A stretch of DNA of 64,000 nt from the NCBI GenBank assembly GCA_013334575.1, contig JAAXXG010000005.1:3080-67079 (forward strand), read 5' to 3'. This DNA comes from Candidatus Moraniibacteriota bacterium. GTDB lineage: Bacteria > Patescibacteriota > Minisyncoccia > Moranbacterales > UBA1568. Numbering within the stretch: position 1 is the stretch's first letter; the number at the start of each line of letters is the position of its first letter. The notes under the pieces are model-generated. The model saw only the letters and a list, made by a program, of their open reading frames with translations. It searched no databases and was not told where the DNA came from. A program made the translations under genes and the position numbers. Below are positions 1 to 9,291 of the stretch, in pieces.

Positions 1-372
1 TTGCACGCTGACCGGTAAGGCCTCTTTCCAGATGATTCCCGCAAGCTTTCCCCGCTCCAGCCCGTCCAGTCGATCCGTAATCCTCGCAACCGCCGGACGG
101 ATAGCTCCGACCAGCCTGTCGATCGCGCCGAGGAACCGTTTCCGTTCTTCCATGCCGAGTTTCGCGAACGACTCGCCTTCGGCTTCGGGATCTTCGAAAT
201 CGCCGGATAAAAGCTTGGCCGCTGCAAAACGCGCCTCGATATAGTCACTCGGAAACACCCCTTCCTGCTCGAGCATCTGAAGTTGTTGCGCGCAGGAGTC
301 AAGAAAGACGCGCCTTCTCCGACTCCGTTCCTGTTCCGCTATCGATGAAGCGCCTACGAACTCCCGTTCCAT
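1..372 (-). CDS. hypothetical protein, 5'-partial ORF running off the left edge
   Basis: Minus-strand ORF begins with ATG at 370-372 (MEREFVGASSIAEQERSRRRRVFLDSCAQQLQMLEQEG...) and has no stop before position 1. No recognisable domain. Confidence 0.3.
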   Translation of the reverse strand, partial: MEREFVGASSIAEQERSRRRRVFLDSCAQQLQMLEQEGVFPSDYIEARFAAAKLLSGDFEDPEAEGESFAKLGMEERKRFLGAIDRLVGAIRPAVARITDRLDGLERGKLAGIIWKEALPVSVQ

Positions 373-381
373 GTCGGTCCG

Positions 382-1812
382 TTAGCGTATTTCCCGTATT
401 CCGACAAGACGCATCATGTCGCGCTCGCCGGGGACGCGCCCAAGGAAGACTACCGCCTGGTCTCCGGCCGCGAGACCACCGTCCTCTTTGGCCCGATCGA
501 CCATCTTATCGATGAACGAATCAAGGTTCCGGTCACCCTCGAAAAGGTACGGCCGCGCACCCCACAGCAACGCGAGCCGGTTGTAGGTCGTGCGGTCGTT
601 CGTGGCGACAAGGATACCGGTATCGGGACGGAAGTGCGAGGCGAGCTTCGCCGTGTACCCGCTCATGGACAGGAGCAGGATCGCCTTCGTCCGGAAGCTC
701 TTGGCCAGCTCGTACACGCTGCGGATCAGCATCGCGTATTCGGAATGGACGTTGAGATCAAGCGCGTCGTACACGTCGTCGAATGGCGATTCCTCGGTCT
801 TCGTAATGATTTCCCGCATCATGGCAACCGTCTCGACGGGATACTTTCCCATCGCCGATTCCTCGGAAAGCATCACCGCATCCGCATGGTCCACGACCGC
901 GTTCGTCACGTCGCTCACCTCGGCACGGGTCGGGATAGGCTCCTCCACCATGGATTTCATCATCTGCGTGGCGACGATGACCGGCTTGAGCGCCATGAGG
1001 CTGCGCCGCACGATATCCTTCTGCAGCAGGGTCACTTCGGCTTCCGGCATCTCGATACCCAGATCGCCGCGCGCGACCATGACCGCATCCGTGGCGCCGA
1101 TCACCTCGTCGAGGTTGCGGATCGCCTCCCTGCGTTCGATCTTCGAGACGATCTCCGGCAGCGCGACGCCCTCCGGAAGCATCTCCTTCATCGTCTCACG
1201 GGCACGATCGATATCCTTCGCGGATCCCACGAACGAGAGCCCGACATACTCGACCCCCTCCCCGAGCACGAACGCGAGATCGCGAAGATCCTTCTCCGAC
1301 AGGACCGGCAGGTCGAACGCGGAATCGGGAAGATTGACCCCCTTCCGTGGCCGTATCACGGCGTCGTTCTTCGCTTCGGCGGTCGCGAATCCCCCGTCCC
1401 GGCCGGTCACGACGAGTCGGATGGTCCCGTCCTGGATCAGCACCTCGTGACCCGCTTCGAGCGAATCCGAGATTCCGGCCACATCGAGGACTATAGTCGC
1501 TTCCTTGGAATCGGCAAGCGCCTCCATATGCGCCGTGTCGGAAATACGGACGGACTGTCCGGCAGCGACCGGAATCTCCGTTTCGTTCCCCACGCGGATC
1601 CGCGGTCCCTGCAGATCGGCCAGGATACCGATCGGCGTCGACAATTCTTCGGAAAGCTCGCGCACGCGGCCGATGACCGCCTTGTGCCAGGCATGCTCGT
1701 TATGGGAGAAGTTGAGCCGGACGACGTTCATTCCGGCGCGGACGAGTTCCCGGAGCGTGTCTTTGGACTCCGAAGCGGGACCGATGGTCGCGACGATCTT
1801 GGTGTTTTTCAT
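382..1812 (-). CDS. pyk: pyruvate kinase
   Basis: 476 aa. N-terminus MKNTKIVATIGPASESKDTLRELVRAGMNVVRLNFSHN is the canonical PK motif, and the protein has typical PK length. Confidence 0.92.
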   Translation of the reverse strand: MKNTKIVATIGPASESKDTLRELVRAGMNVVRLNFSHNEHAWHKAVIGRVRELSEELSTPIGILADLQGPRIRVGNETEIPVAAGQSVRISDTAHMEALADSKEATIVLDVAGISDSLEAGHEVLIQDGTIRLVVTGRDGGFATAEAKNDAVIRPRKGVNLPDSAFDLPVLSEKDLRDLAFVLGEGVEYVGLSFVGSAKDIDRARETMKEMLPEGVALPEIVSKIERREAIRNLDEVIGATDAVMVARGDLGIEMPEAEVTLLQKDIVRRSLMALKPVIVATQMMKSMVEEPIPTRAEVSDVTNAVVDHADAVMLSEESAMGKYPVETVAMMREIITKTEESPFDDVYDALDLNVHSEYAMLIRSVYELAKSFRTKAILLLSMSGYTAKLASHFRPDTGILVATNDRTTYNRLALLWGARPYLFEGDRNLDSFIDKMVDRAKEDGGLAAGDQAVVFLGRVPGERDMMRLVGIREIR

Positions 1813-1916
1813 AGGATGTTTTTGGAGGTTTCGTTTCTTGCGGGAGCCCTTTTCCGAAAGGATACCTCCGTAGAGACAGGATACTTCCCATCATTACCAG
1901 TATAATCCGCGCCCCG

Positions 1917-1957
1917 TGAAAAGAAAAACTGCCATGCCGTTTGTCGGCTATGGCAGT
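1917..1957 (-). terminator. intrinsic terminator downstream of hypothetical gene 1982-2410
   Basis: Hairpin ACTGCCAT / ATGGCAGT with a U-rich tail on the minus strand. Confidence 0.5.
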
Positions 1958-1981
1958 CTTCTGTGGAATTTCGTCGGCCTT

Positions 1982-2410
1982 TCATTCAAAAGGTACCGGC
2001 GCCCCCAAAAACACCTCGAGTGAAGCATGAAGAAGCCGCCCTTCCCGAACGATGGCCTCGGGCGACCAGTCCTGATCGCACGACCAGGATGCCGATTGTC
2101 TGATCGCCGTCTTCAATCGCTCAGTTCTCAGGGCTTCGATACTACTCCCCGAGACAGGAAGTTCGCTCAACGCCATTTCGACATTCAACGAATCAGCCAT
2201 GATACCGGCGAGGGCGACGAGTCGCCGTTCGGAAAGATCGGGGATTTCGGCTCGTTCACGAAGTAGCGCTTCAAGGGATTGCCGCAGAAGCCTCCAGCCG
2301 GCCGTCCCGGGCAGGATATCGAGATGGTCGGCATACTCCCTCAGGAGCAATTCATGCTCCAGTCGCAGCTCTACGGCCGGCAATACGGCGTTATTATTAC
2401 CTCGTTTCAT
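1982..2410 (-). CDS. hypothetical protein
   Basis: Start chosen at internal Met (MKRGNNNAV...) because it is preceded by a strong SD, AAGGAGA. No known domain. Confidence 0.4.
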   Translation of the reverse strand: MKRGNNNAVLPAVELRLEHELLLREYADHLDILPGTAGWRLLRQSLEALLRERAEIPDLSERRLVALAGIMADSLNVEMALSELPVSGSSIEALRTERLKTAIRQSASWSCDQDWSPEAIVREGRLLHASLEVFLGAPVPFE

Positions 2411-2556
2411 GATGATATTCTCCTTTTTGAAGGTTCGAAAAAATAATCCATTGTTAAGACCGTCGATACTACCATCGATGTCAAATCGCGTCAAGAATGC
2501 GAAAACCACCCGGAGTCGGGCGGTTTTCGTATCGATATCGAACCGAACGCACGAAC

Positions 2557-3057
2557 CTAGTTCGTATACATGTCCTTCACCTGGAAAAGGATGTACCAGC
2601 CGATGATCGCGCCGACGAGGCCGCCGATCACGTTGAACGACAGGATGTTCCCCACGAGACCGACGAGCGTCGCGTAGTACGAGAGTCGCCAGCCGCGCGC
2701 CGAGCGGGCGAAGAGTCCGGGAATCGCCAACAGGTCGAGCACGAGCGAGATCGCCGCGAAGACGAACGAGATGAATGCTGCAACGCCGTAGTGTCCGCCG
2801 AGGAGCGCGAACGGGGCAAGCAGGGCCGACAGTCCGAGTCCGGCCAGAAGTGCCGGCACCGCGATGATCGCCATCACGATCACGAGATACGGGGCGACCT
2901 TCACGATAAGGTCCTTTCCGTTCTGGGGAATGGCGAACGGCGCCTTCTTCACCATATACTCGTCGAGGATCGCTTCAAGCTGCGCAAGGACGCCCTTCAT
3001 GTCCGACGACGCGGTTCCTTCCGTCTTCTTTTCCTCCGTCTTCGTCTCTTCCGACAT
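2557..3057 (-). CDS. hypothetical multi-pass membrane protein
   Basis: Start at MSEETKTEEKK. Four hydrophobic helices follow a charged N-terminus, and a terminator hairpin lies at 2502-2528. Confidence 0.45.
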   Translation of the reverse strand: MSEETKTEEKKTEGTASSDMKGVLAQLEAILDEYMVKKAPFAIPQNGKDLIVKVAPYLVIVMAIIAVPALLAGLGLSALLAPFALLGGHYGVAAFISFVFAAISLVLDLLAIPGLFARSARGWRLSYYATLVGLVGNILSFNVIGGLVGAIIGWYILFQVKDMYTN

Positions 3058-3068
3058 ATCCGTTGCGA

Positions 3069-3545
3069 TTACAGGATTATTCCTTCCGATTCCAGGATAC
3101 TCCCCTCCTCGATTTCCCGCAAAATCTCTTCGGGGACGGGATTGCGTTTCGGACTCACTCCCGGATACCGCCACGCACTGATAACCCGCAGAGAGCAGTT
3201 AACAGATAATGGATAACGGGAATCCCCAGATGCCGAGTTATTTGTTTTCTGCTTCTTGTTAACTGATTTCCGTTGAGCATACATCACCCATATCTCCTGC
3301 GCCCAGGTCTCCTTACCATCCTTGCGTTTCACGGAAGAAGGCTGCATCACGGCGACGGTATCCTTGGCGATACCCTCCTCGCGCCGCTTCGGATTCCGGA
3401 TAACCGACCGAACGCGCTGCGCGGACAGTCCGTACTGTTTCATCTTGAACTCGGCATGCCGGGTGAACAGGACGTCCGAACGGAGCGCCGCCCCCTTTTG
3501 CCGGCGCTCCCGAGCCATATTCACGAAATCCCGATAATCGGACAT
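3069..3545 (-). CDS. DUF4258-like (RelE-fold toxin-like) protein with low-complexity C-terminal extension
   Basis: N-terminal ~90 aa (..FTRHAEFKMKQYGLSAQRVRSVIRNP..VAVMQPS..WAQEIWVMYA) matches the DUF4258 pattern H-A-x2-R-M, ending in V-x-V-Y. The C-terminal tail reads through a 9-bp inverted repeat. Confidence 0.35.
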   Translation of the reverse strand: MSDYRDFVNMARERRQKGAALRSDVLFTRHAEFKMKQYGLSAQRVRSVIRNPKRREEGIAKDTVAVMQPSSVKRKDGKETWAQEIWVMYAQRKSVNKKQKTNNSASGDSRYPLSVNCSLRVISAWRYPGVSPKRNPVPEEILREIEEGSILESEGIIL

Positions 3546-3611
3546 AAGGGATAGCGATAGGAATCAGGCTTTCAAAAAACGAGGAGATACGTCTTTTTGA
3601 TTCTTTCTTCG

Positions 3612-4526
3612 TTATTCCCCGTCCTCCCCGACCCGCTCGCCGAGCAGGGCCGCGATGCGCTCCTCGACCGGCGGATGGGTCATGAACAGCTTCGCGACCT
3701 TCCGCCCCTTGAAAGGATTCGCGATATAAAGATGTGCGGTCGCACGGTTCGCGGCCTCGAGCGGCTCCGTATCCGCGGATATCTTGCGCAGGGCCGAGGC
3801 AAGCCCTTCGGGATATCGGGTCAGGAGCGCTCCCGACGCGTCGGCGAGGAACTCGCGCTTGCGCGAGATGGCAAGCTGCATAAGCATCGCCGCAAGCGGC
3901 GCGAGAATCGAGAGCGCGAGCGCGAGCAGAAAGAAAATCATCTGAAGCTGCCCGTCGCCTTCCCGATCGTCGCGACGGCGCCCTCCTCCGTACCAGACCA
4001 TGTTCCTGAACCAGTCGGCCAGAAGAGCCACGAATCCGACCAGTACGACGACGACCGTCGAAAGGAGCGTATCCCGGTTCCCGATGTGCGAGAGCTCGTG
4101 CGCGGCGACTCCCTCGATTTCCGACCGGTCGAGGCGCGACAGGAGTCCTGCCGTGAAACAGATGACTCCGTGTTCGGGATCCCGCCCCGTCGCGAAGGCG
4201 TTCATGGCGGTATCGTCGATAACATAGATCCGCGGCATCGGAAGTCCGGCCGCGATGGAAAGGTTCTCGACGACCCGGAACAGCTCACGGTCGTCGTCCG
4301 GACCGATCGGTCGCGCGCCGCTCATGGACAGGACGATCTTATCGCTCCACCAGTACGAGCCGAAGCTCATAAGCGCGGAAAAGATGACCGCGAACGGCAG
4401 TATGCCCGGCGCATCGAGCGCCTGCGCGAATACGTACCCGGCACCGATGACCAGGACGAGAAACCCGGTCATATAGACCCAGGTAAGCGACGTATTGCGA
4501 TCGTAACTCGTATAGACGGATGCCAT
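3612..4526 (-). CDS. htpX: zinc metalloprotease HtpX (M48)
   Basis: HELSHIGNRD zinc-binding motif, two N-terminal TM helices, and the partner gene lemA lies downstream. Confidence 0.85.
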   Translation of the reverse strand: MASVYTSYDRNTSLTWVYMTGFLVLVIGAGYVFAQALDAPGILPFAVIFSALMSFGSYWWSDKIVLSMSGARPIGPDDDRELFRVVENLSIAAGLPMPRIYVIDDTAMNAFATGRDPEHGVICFTAGLLSRLDRSEIEGVAAHELSHIGNRDTLLSTVVVVLVGFVALLADWFRNMVWYGGGRRRDDREGDGQLQMIFFLLALALSILAPLAAMLMQLAISRKREFLADASGALLTRYPEGLASALRKISADTEPLEAANRATAHLYIANPFKGRKVAKLFMTHPPVEERIAALLGERVGEDGE

Positions 4527-4610
4527 AGACGGAAACGTTAGGAAGAAGAAAGGAGCGCCCACGCGCCCCTCCTTTATAGCCGATTCGGAACCGACTTTCC
4601 AGGGAGCGCC

Positions 4611-5162
4611 CTAGAACGAGACCTCGACCGGCTTCTTCGCCGCCTCCTCCTCGAGCTCGAAGAAGTCACGCTTCCGGAAACTGAACATCGAGGCCGCGAT
4701 ATTGGTCGGGAACGACTCGATCATGGTATCGAGATCGCGAACGTTCGCGTTATAGAAACGGCGGGCGGACTGGATCTTGTTCTCCGTGTCCGACAGCTCA
4801 CGCTGAAGCTCGAGAAAGTTCTCGTTCGCCTTCAGTTCCGGATAGTTCTCCGCGACCGCGAACAGGCTCTTGAGCGTCCCGGAAAGAGCGTTCTCCGCCT
4901 CCATCTTGGCATGCGCATCACCGGCAGCCATCGCGCGCGTGCGTGCCTCGGTCACCTTCTCGAAGACACCGGACTCGTGCGCGGCATACCCCTTCACGGT
5001 GTTGACCAGGTTCGGAATGAGGTCATATCGACGCTTGAGCTGCACGTCGATATCGCTCCAGGACTCGTCGGTGCGGTTCTTGAGCGTGACAAGGCGATTG
5101 TAAGCGATCGCCGCCCACGCCGCGACCGCGACGATGACAACGAGAAGTATGGGCATATTCAT
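4611..5162 (-). CDS. lemA: LemA family protein
   Basis: N-terminal TM then LemA core (YNRLVTLKNRTDESWSDIDVQLKRRYDLIPNLV...). Conserved htpX-lemA pair. Confidence 0.85.
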   Translation of the reverse strand: MNMPILLVVIVAVAAWAAIAYNRLVTLKNRTDESWSDIDVQLKRRYDLIPNLVNTVKGYAAHESGVFEKVTEARTRAMAAGDAHAKMEAENALSGTLKSLFAVAENYPELKANENFLELQRELSDTENKIQSARRFYNANVRDLDTMIESFPTNIAASMFSFRKRDFFELEEEAAKKPVEVSF

Positions 5163-5274
5163 ACGGTTTCAGATACGAATTATCCGGACACGCCCAGTAT
5201 AGCCGAAGGCTCCGGACGGGGCAAACCCGGAAAAACGGGGTATAATCCGGTACGGAACCGCATAAACATCGCCT

Positions 5275-6957
5275 ATGGAACCGAGACAAACCGCGCGCCG
5301 TCTTTTGAAAAAAAGCCTCCGTGCCACGAAGTCGTTCGTCGCGACGATCGAAGACGCGCAACTCTCTCCAACCCTGTTCATCGCGACGTTCCTTGCTATC
5401 GTCATATCGCGGATCCTCATCGAGACCGTCCTCTCGGGATTCGCACCTCGGTCAGATTCATCCTTCTTCCTCCTCTTCGCACACTACTTTCTCGAATTCC
5501 TCTTCACGCTGCTCCTTCTGATCCCTATCGTCCGCCGGGCCGGTAGCGTGACGCTCCGCGCCGCCGCGAACGTCTCCCTTCTCGCGTTCCTGCTCGTCCT
5601 CACGCCGCCGATAACCGACGCGATCATCTCGGGCGGCGCCGCCCTTCTTTCCACGTACGAGGTCGGCAGTCTCACCGAACTGTTCCGCTCGTTCATCGGC
5701 TTTTTCGATTCGACGCCGGATTCAGGGATTACCTATGGCATCCGTCTCGAGGTCGCCCTCTCGGCCGTCGGAATAGCCGGGTATACGCTCATACGAAGCC
5801 GGAAACGGGGCCCGCTCCGCGCACTCGCGGCAGCCGTCGCAACATATTCCGTCCTGTTCGTCGTCTCGACATTGCCCGCCTGGATCGCGATCCTGTTTCT
5901 CGGTCCCTCGAAAGGGTTTCTCTCGGTAACCGGAGCCGACGCGATCGGAATGTTCTTCTCGCCTCGCCAACTCTTCTCCCTGCCCGTCCCAAGTCTTTTC
6001 GACGCGACGCATGTCACGATGATCCTCGTCTATTCGGTCCTGCTACCCGTCGTCGTCGCTGCGATCCTGTTCCGGTTCGAGCGGACCTATTTCCTCGCTC
6101 TCCTGAAAAACGTCCGATGGCCGCAGGTTTTGTGGCACGGAGGACTGCTGTTCCTGGGAGGCACCCTGGCGATCGTCTATGCGGGCGCCGACCAGTCGTT
6201 CTCGCCATTCGAGCTAATCGCGACCGCGGTCATGTCGATAGCAGTCGTCTGCGCCTGGCTCGCCTCGGTCGTCGCCAACGATCTTGCCGACCGCAGGATA
6301 GACGAGGTGACGAACGCGAAACGGCCGCTTCCGACCCGCGATATCCCGGCCGCGCTCTACCGCGAAATCGGGGTGTTCTTCTTCGCCGGTTCCATCCTAC
6401 TTTCGCTTTCCGTCTCATCAAAGGCAGCCTTGCTCATCCTCGCATATCAGGGAATCGCCTGGATCTACTCCGTTCCGCCTCTTCGGCTCAAGCGGATACC
6501 GGTCATAGCTACACTCCTCTCCGCCGCCGCCGGCATGACGATCCTCTTCGCCGGATACGAGTTCGCCTCGCCGATAGCCTCCATATCGCCGATCCCCTCC
6601 TCCCTGCTCGTCTATCTTTTCATCTGTTACGCCGTCACCATCCCGCTCAAGGACTTCAAGGACATGGAGGGCGATCGGAAAGACGGCGTCATCACGATTC
6701 CGGTCCTACTCGGAGAGGAACGGGCGAGATTCCTGGTCGGAATCCTATTGTTCTTCTGCTATGCCGTAAGCCCCATCGCATTGCACGACGCCGGACTGTT
6801 CGTTCCCGCCTTCCTGTTCGCAAGCCTCTCCTTTCTCTCGGTCCGCCGGGCGAACCGGCCTGGCAGCCGATGGGGATCGTTCCGATCGCTCCCGGCCTGG
6901 AACATGTTCTTCATCATCCTATACGGCTGCATCACCGCGGTCTTCCTCCTGAACTGA
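5275..6957 (+). CDS. UbiA-family prenyltransferase with ~300-aa N-terminal polytopic membrane extension
   Basis: C-terminal half carries the UbiA Asp-rich motif NDLADRRID and a second D-rich motif KDFKDMEGDRKDG. The N-terminal half is an additional multi-TM domain. Confidence 0.65.
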   Translation: MEPRQTARRLLKKSLRATKSFVATIEDAQLSPTLFIATFLAIVISRILIETVLSGFAPRSDSSFFLLFAHYFLEFLFTLLLLIPIVRRAGSVTLRAAANVSLLAFLLVLTPPITDAIISGGAALLSTYEVGSLTELFRSFIGFFDSTPDSGITYGIRLEVALSAVGIAGYTLIRSRKRGPLRALAAAVATYSVLFVVSTLPAWIAILFLGPSKGFLSVTGADAIGMFFSPRQLFSLPVPSLFDATHVTMILVYSVLLPVVVAAILFRFERTYFLALLKNVRWPQVLWHGGLLFLGGTLAIVYAGADQSFSPFELIATAVMSIAVVCAWLASVVANDLADRRIDEVTNAKRPLPTRDIPAALYREIGVFFFAGSILLSLSVSSKAALLILAYQGIAWIYSVPPLRLKRIPVIATLLSAAAGMTILFAGYEFASPIASISPIPSSLLVYLFICYAVTIPLKDFKDMEGDRKDGVITIPVLLGEERARFLVGILLFFCYAVSPIALHDAGLFVPAFLFASLSFLSVRRANRPGSRWGSFRSLPAWNMFFIILYGCITAVFLLN

Positions 6958-7015
6958 GATGACTACCTTCCGGCGCGCTCCGTTCCATAGCAAAGAATGG
7001 ACCTGCGGATCGGCA

Positions 7016-7046
7016 AAAGAAAAAGACCGGGTACCCGGTCTTTTTC
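7016..7046. terminator. bidirectional intrinsic terminator
   Basis: AAAAGACCGGGTACCCGGTCTTTTT lies between the convergent UbiA-family and ksgA genes. Confidence 0.6.
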
Positions 7047-7056
7047 GCATCCGTAT

Positions 7057-7866
7057 TCAGGAACGCGATTCCCCGATCCGACCGACGAGGCCTATCCAGT
7101 CCGCAACGGACAGCTCCTGCGCCCGAATCCTCGTATCAAGCCCCATTCCGGACAAGATCGCCTCTACCTCTCCGCGAGGAATCCGCCGACTTGAGGAAAG
7201 ATTGTTCGCGAGCGTCTTGCGCCGGGCAGCGAACCCGGCCCGCGCGAGACCGAACAGTTTCCGGTCGTCCTCCTTGAGAAACGGCCTCTGCGGCACCAGC
7301 TTTACGACCGCACTGTCGACATTCGGCTCCGGAAAGAACGCCGTCCGCGGAACGAACAGTTCCTTCGATACCGTCGCGTAGTACTGTGCCATGAGCGACA
7401 GAAGGCTCATGCTTCCCGAGGGTGCGGCCAACCGGTCGGCGACCTCCTCCTGAACCATGAGAACGATCCGCTCCGGCCGTATCGGAAGCGACAGCAAAAG
7501 ACGGATGATCGGCGCCGTAATGTAGTACGGGATATTCGCGACGACCTTGTATGCCCCGTCCTCAAAACCGGATTCCCGAAGCAGCGCGGCGACATCCAGC
7601 TCGAGGATGTTCCCTTCGAGGAGCGACAGGTTCGCGGACGCGGCGAAGGTCTCGCCGAGACGGGTCACGAGGTCGCGGTCGAGTTCCACGGCCAGCACCG
7701 ACGCTGCCCGCTCCAGGAGATGCGACGTAAGGGCTCCCGTACCGGGGCCTATCTCAAGGATCCGGTCTTCCGGTCGGACATCGGCGACGGAAAGGATTCC
7801 CTCGACGATATCCGTGTCCCGAAGAAAGTTCTGCCCGAGCGATTTTTTTGCTTTCACCTGTTCCAT
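7057..7866 (-). CDS. rsmA: 16S rRNA (adenine1518/1519-N6)-dimethyltransferase
   Basis: MEQVKAKKSLGQNFLRD...ILEIGPGTGALT is the KsgA/RsmA signature. Confidence 0.9.
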   Translation of the reverse strand: MEQVKAKKSLGQNFLRDTDIVEGILSVADVRPEDRILEIGPGTGALTSHLLERAASVLAVELDRDLVTRLGETFAASANLSLLEGNILELDVAALLRESGFEDGAYKVVANIPYYITAPIIRLLLSLPIRPERIVLMVQEEVADRLAAPSGSMSLLSLMAQYYATVSKELFVPRTAFFPEPNVDSAVVKLVPQRPFLKEDDRKLFGLARAGFAARRKTLANNLSSSRRIPRGEVEAILSGMGLDTRIRAQELSVADWIGLVGRIGESRS

Positions 7867-7911
7867 ATGCCCTTATGATATCTCATTCTCGCCCCTTCGC
7901 CAGCGTCGAAC

Positions 7912-8898
7912 CTAATTGAGCACCGGTTCGACCTTCACTTCGATCACGCCGGAACCGAGCGAGGCGATCTTCTCGAAGGCGACCTTGTCGAGGTCGATGA
8001 TCCGCCCCTTGCCGTACGGACCACGGTCGTTTATGACCACGATGACCGACTTTCCGTTCGCCGGATTCGTAACCCGCGCATAGCTCCCCAAAGGAAGCGA
8101 GAGGCTCGCGGCCGCAAGTTTCCCCGTGTACGAATACCAGGTACCGAGCCCCTTGTCCGCCTTTCCGACCTTGACGTACGTCCCCTGGACGACGACTTCG
8201 GCCACCGGCTCCTTCGTCACTTCGGTACCGAGCAGCTTCCGCGAGACCTCCTTTCCGTCATGATAGCTTACGCGGTACCGATAAGTACGGACACCGTTCT
8301 CCCCCTTCGTCTCAACGACTTTTTTCCGCCAGCTGAGCGAATCATCCTCCTTCGTCTTCGTCTCGTAGGCGATCTTCTTATCCGCGGACTCCTCGCGCAC
8401 TTCGACACGGATCACCGTAAGTTTCGCCCGTCTTCCGACCAACAGGGTTTCCTCGGCCGGATCGGCAAGATCGTCCTCACGAAGCGAAATGCCCGCCTCG
8501 ATAAGTGCCCCTCCGACGCTCCGCGCATCCGTCGAAAGATCCTTCGTTTCCCCGTCCGCAGTCACCCGAAGTTCCTTCCTCCGGGAAACCGTCACCCGCA
8601 TACCGGACGAAAGCGGCGTCTCCCGGGAAGGGATGACGGTATCGTCCGGAGAGAGTCCGTCGATCGACGTGTCGACCAGGCTCCCGATCGTCTCCGCCGT
8701 GACCCGCTCGAACGTCATAGGAAACCCGTCGAGGATGATCGTCACATCCTTCGATCGGGACGGGTCATAAATCCGATTCTTCCCATGGGACAGCAAAAAA
8801 ACGGCGCCGATCGCGCCTCCTATCAACAGAACAGGAATGAAAAACCGTCTCCTCATACGTCTTTTAGGGTACCCGAAAAGAAGGTGAAAGAAAAGCAC
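7912..8898 (-). CDS. YabE-like cell-wall protein (DUF348 / G5 / 3D-DPBB domains)
   Basis: C-terminal 3D/RlpA-like barrel (YTGKLAAASLSLPLGSYARVTNPANGKSVIVVINDRGPYG), N-terminal TM, and G5-like middle region. Confidence 0.7.
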   Translation of the reverse strand: MLFFHLLFGYPKRRMRRRFFIPVLLIGGAIGAVFLLSHGKNRIYDPSRSKDVTIILDGFPMTFERVTAETIGSLVDTSIDGLSPDDTVIPSRETPLSSGMRVTVSRRKELRVTADGETKDLSTDARSVGGALIEAGISLREDDLADPAEETLLVGRRAKLTVIRVEVREESADKKIAYETKTKEDDSLSWRKKVVETKGENGVRTYRYRVSYHDGKEVSRKLLGTEVTKEPVAEVVVQGTYVKVGKADKGLGTWYSYTGKLAAASLSLPLGSYARVTNPANGKSVIVVINDRGPYGKGRIIDLDKVAFEKIASLGSGVIEVKVEPVLN

Positions 8899-9192
8899 TC
8901 ACGATGGAGTGCTTCCCGTACGTTTGTAGCGTATAACCTGATATACAAGCAGATATGCGACCAGGGCACCCGATGCCTGAGAGTATCCGAGATAATAATC
9001 AGGCGTCTGCTTTGTCCAGGCATATCCGGCCCACAGGGAGTAAGCCAGCGCTCCGACATACGGAATAGACGGAGAAAATCCTTCCGTGCTTTTCCGCTTG
9101 TAATTCTTCCAGGCCTGCAAAGCCAAACTGCCGACGACCGCAATTGAAACAAGTGCGACAAGCATTCCAAGGATGTTGTTAACGTTCTCCAC
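8899..9192 (-). CDS. SemiSWEET (PQ-loop) sugar transporter, GTG start
   Basis: 97 aa with 3 TM helices and the PQ-loop-like motif LQAWKNYKRKSTEGFS (x-Q-x5-K-x-K-S-T-x-G-x-S). SD GGAGGGGGGG lies upstream. Confidence 0.5.
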   Translation of the reverse strand: MENVNNILGMLVALVSIAVVGSLALQAWKNYKRKSTEGFSPSIPYVGALAYSLWAGYAWTKQTPDYYLGYSQASGALVAYLLVYQVIRYKRTGSTPS

Positions 9193-9291
9193 CCCCCCTC
9201 CTTTTGTTTACGTGTTTAAAGAAAGAAACATGATTCTAATCCGCGAAGACCGTATCGACAAGCTGCCGATATTTACCCGGAAGGCCTTTCT

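Noticed and set aside
634-1905. 423-aa and 286-aa plus-strand ORFs overlapping pyk
   Set aside because: They are antisense to a well-supported pyruvate kinase gene, and their Arg/His-rich, low-complexity translations are typical of high-GC antisense frames.
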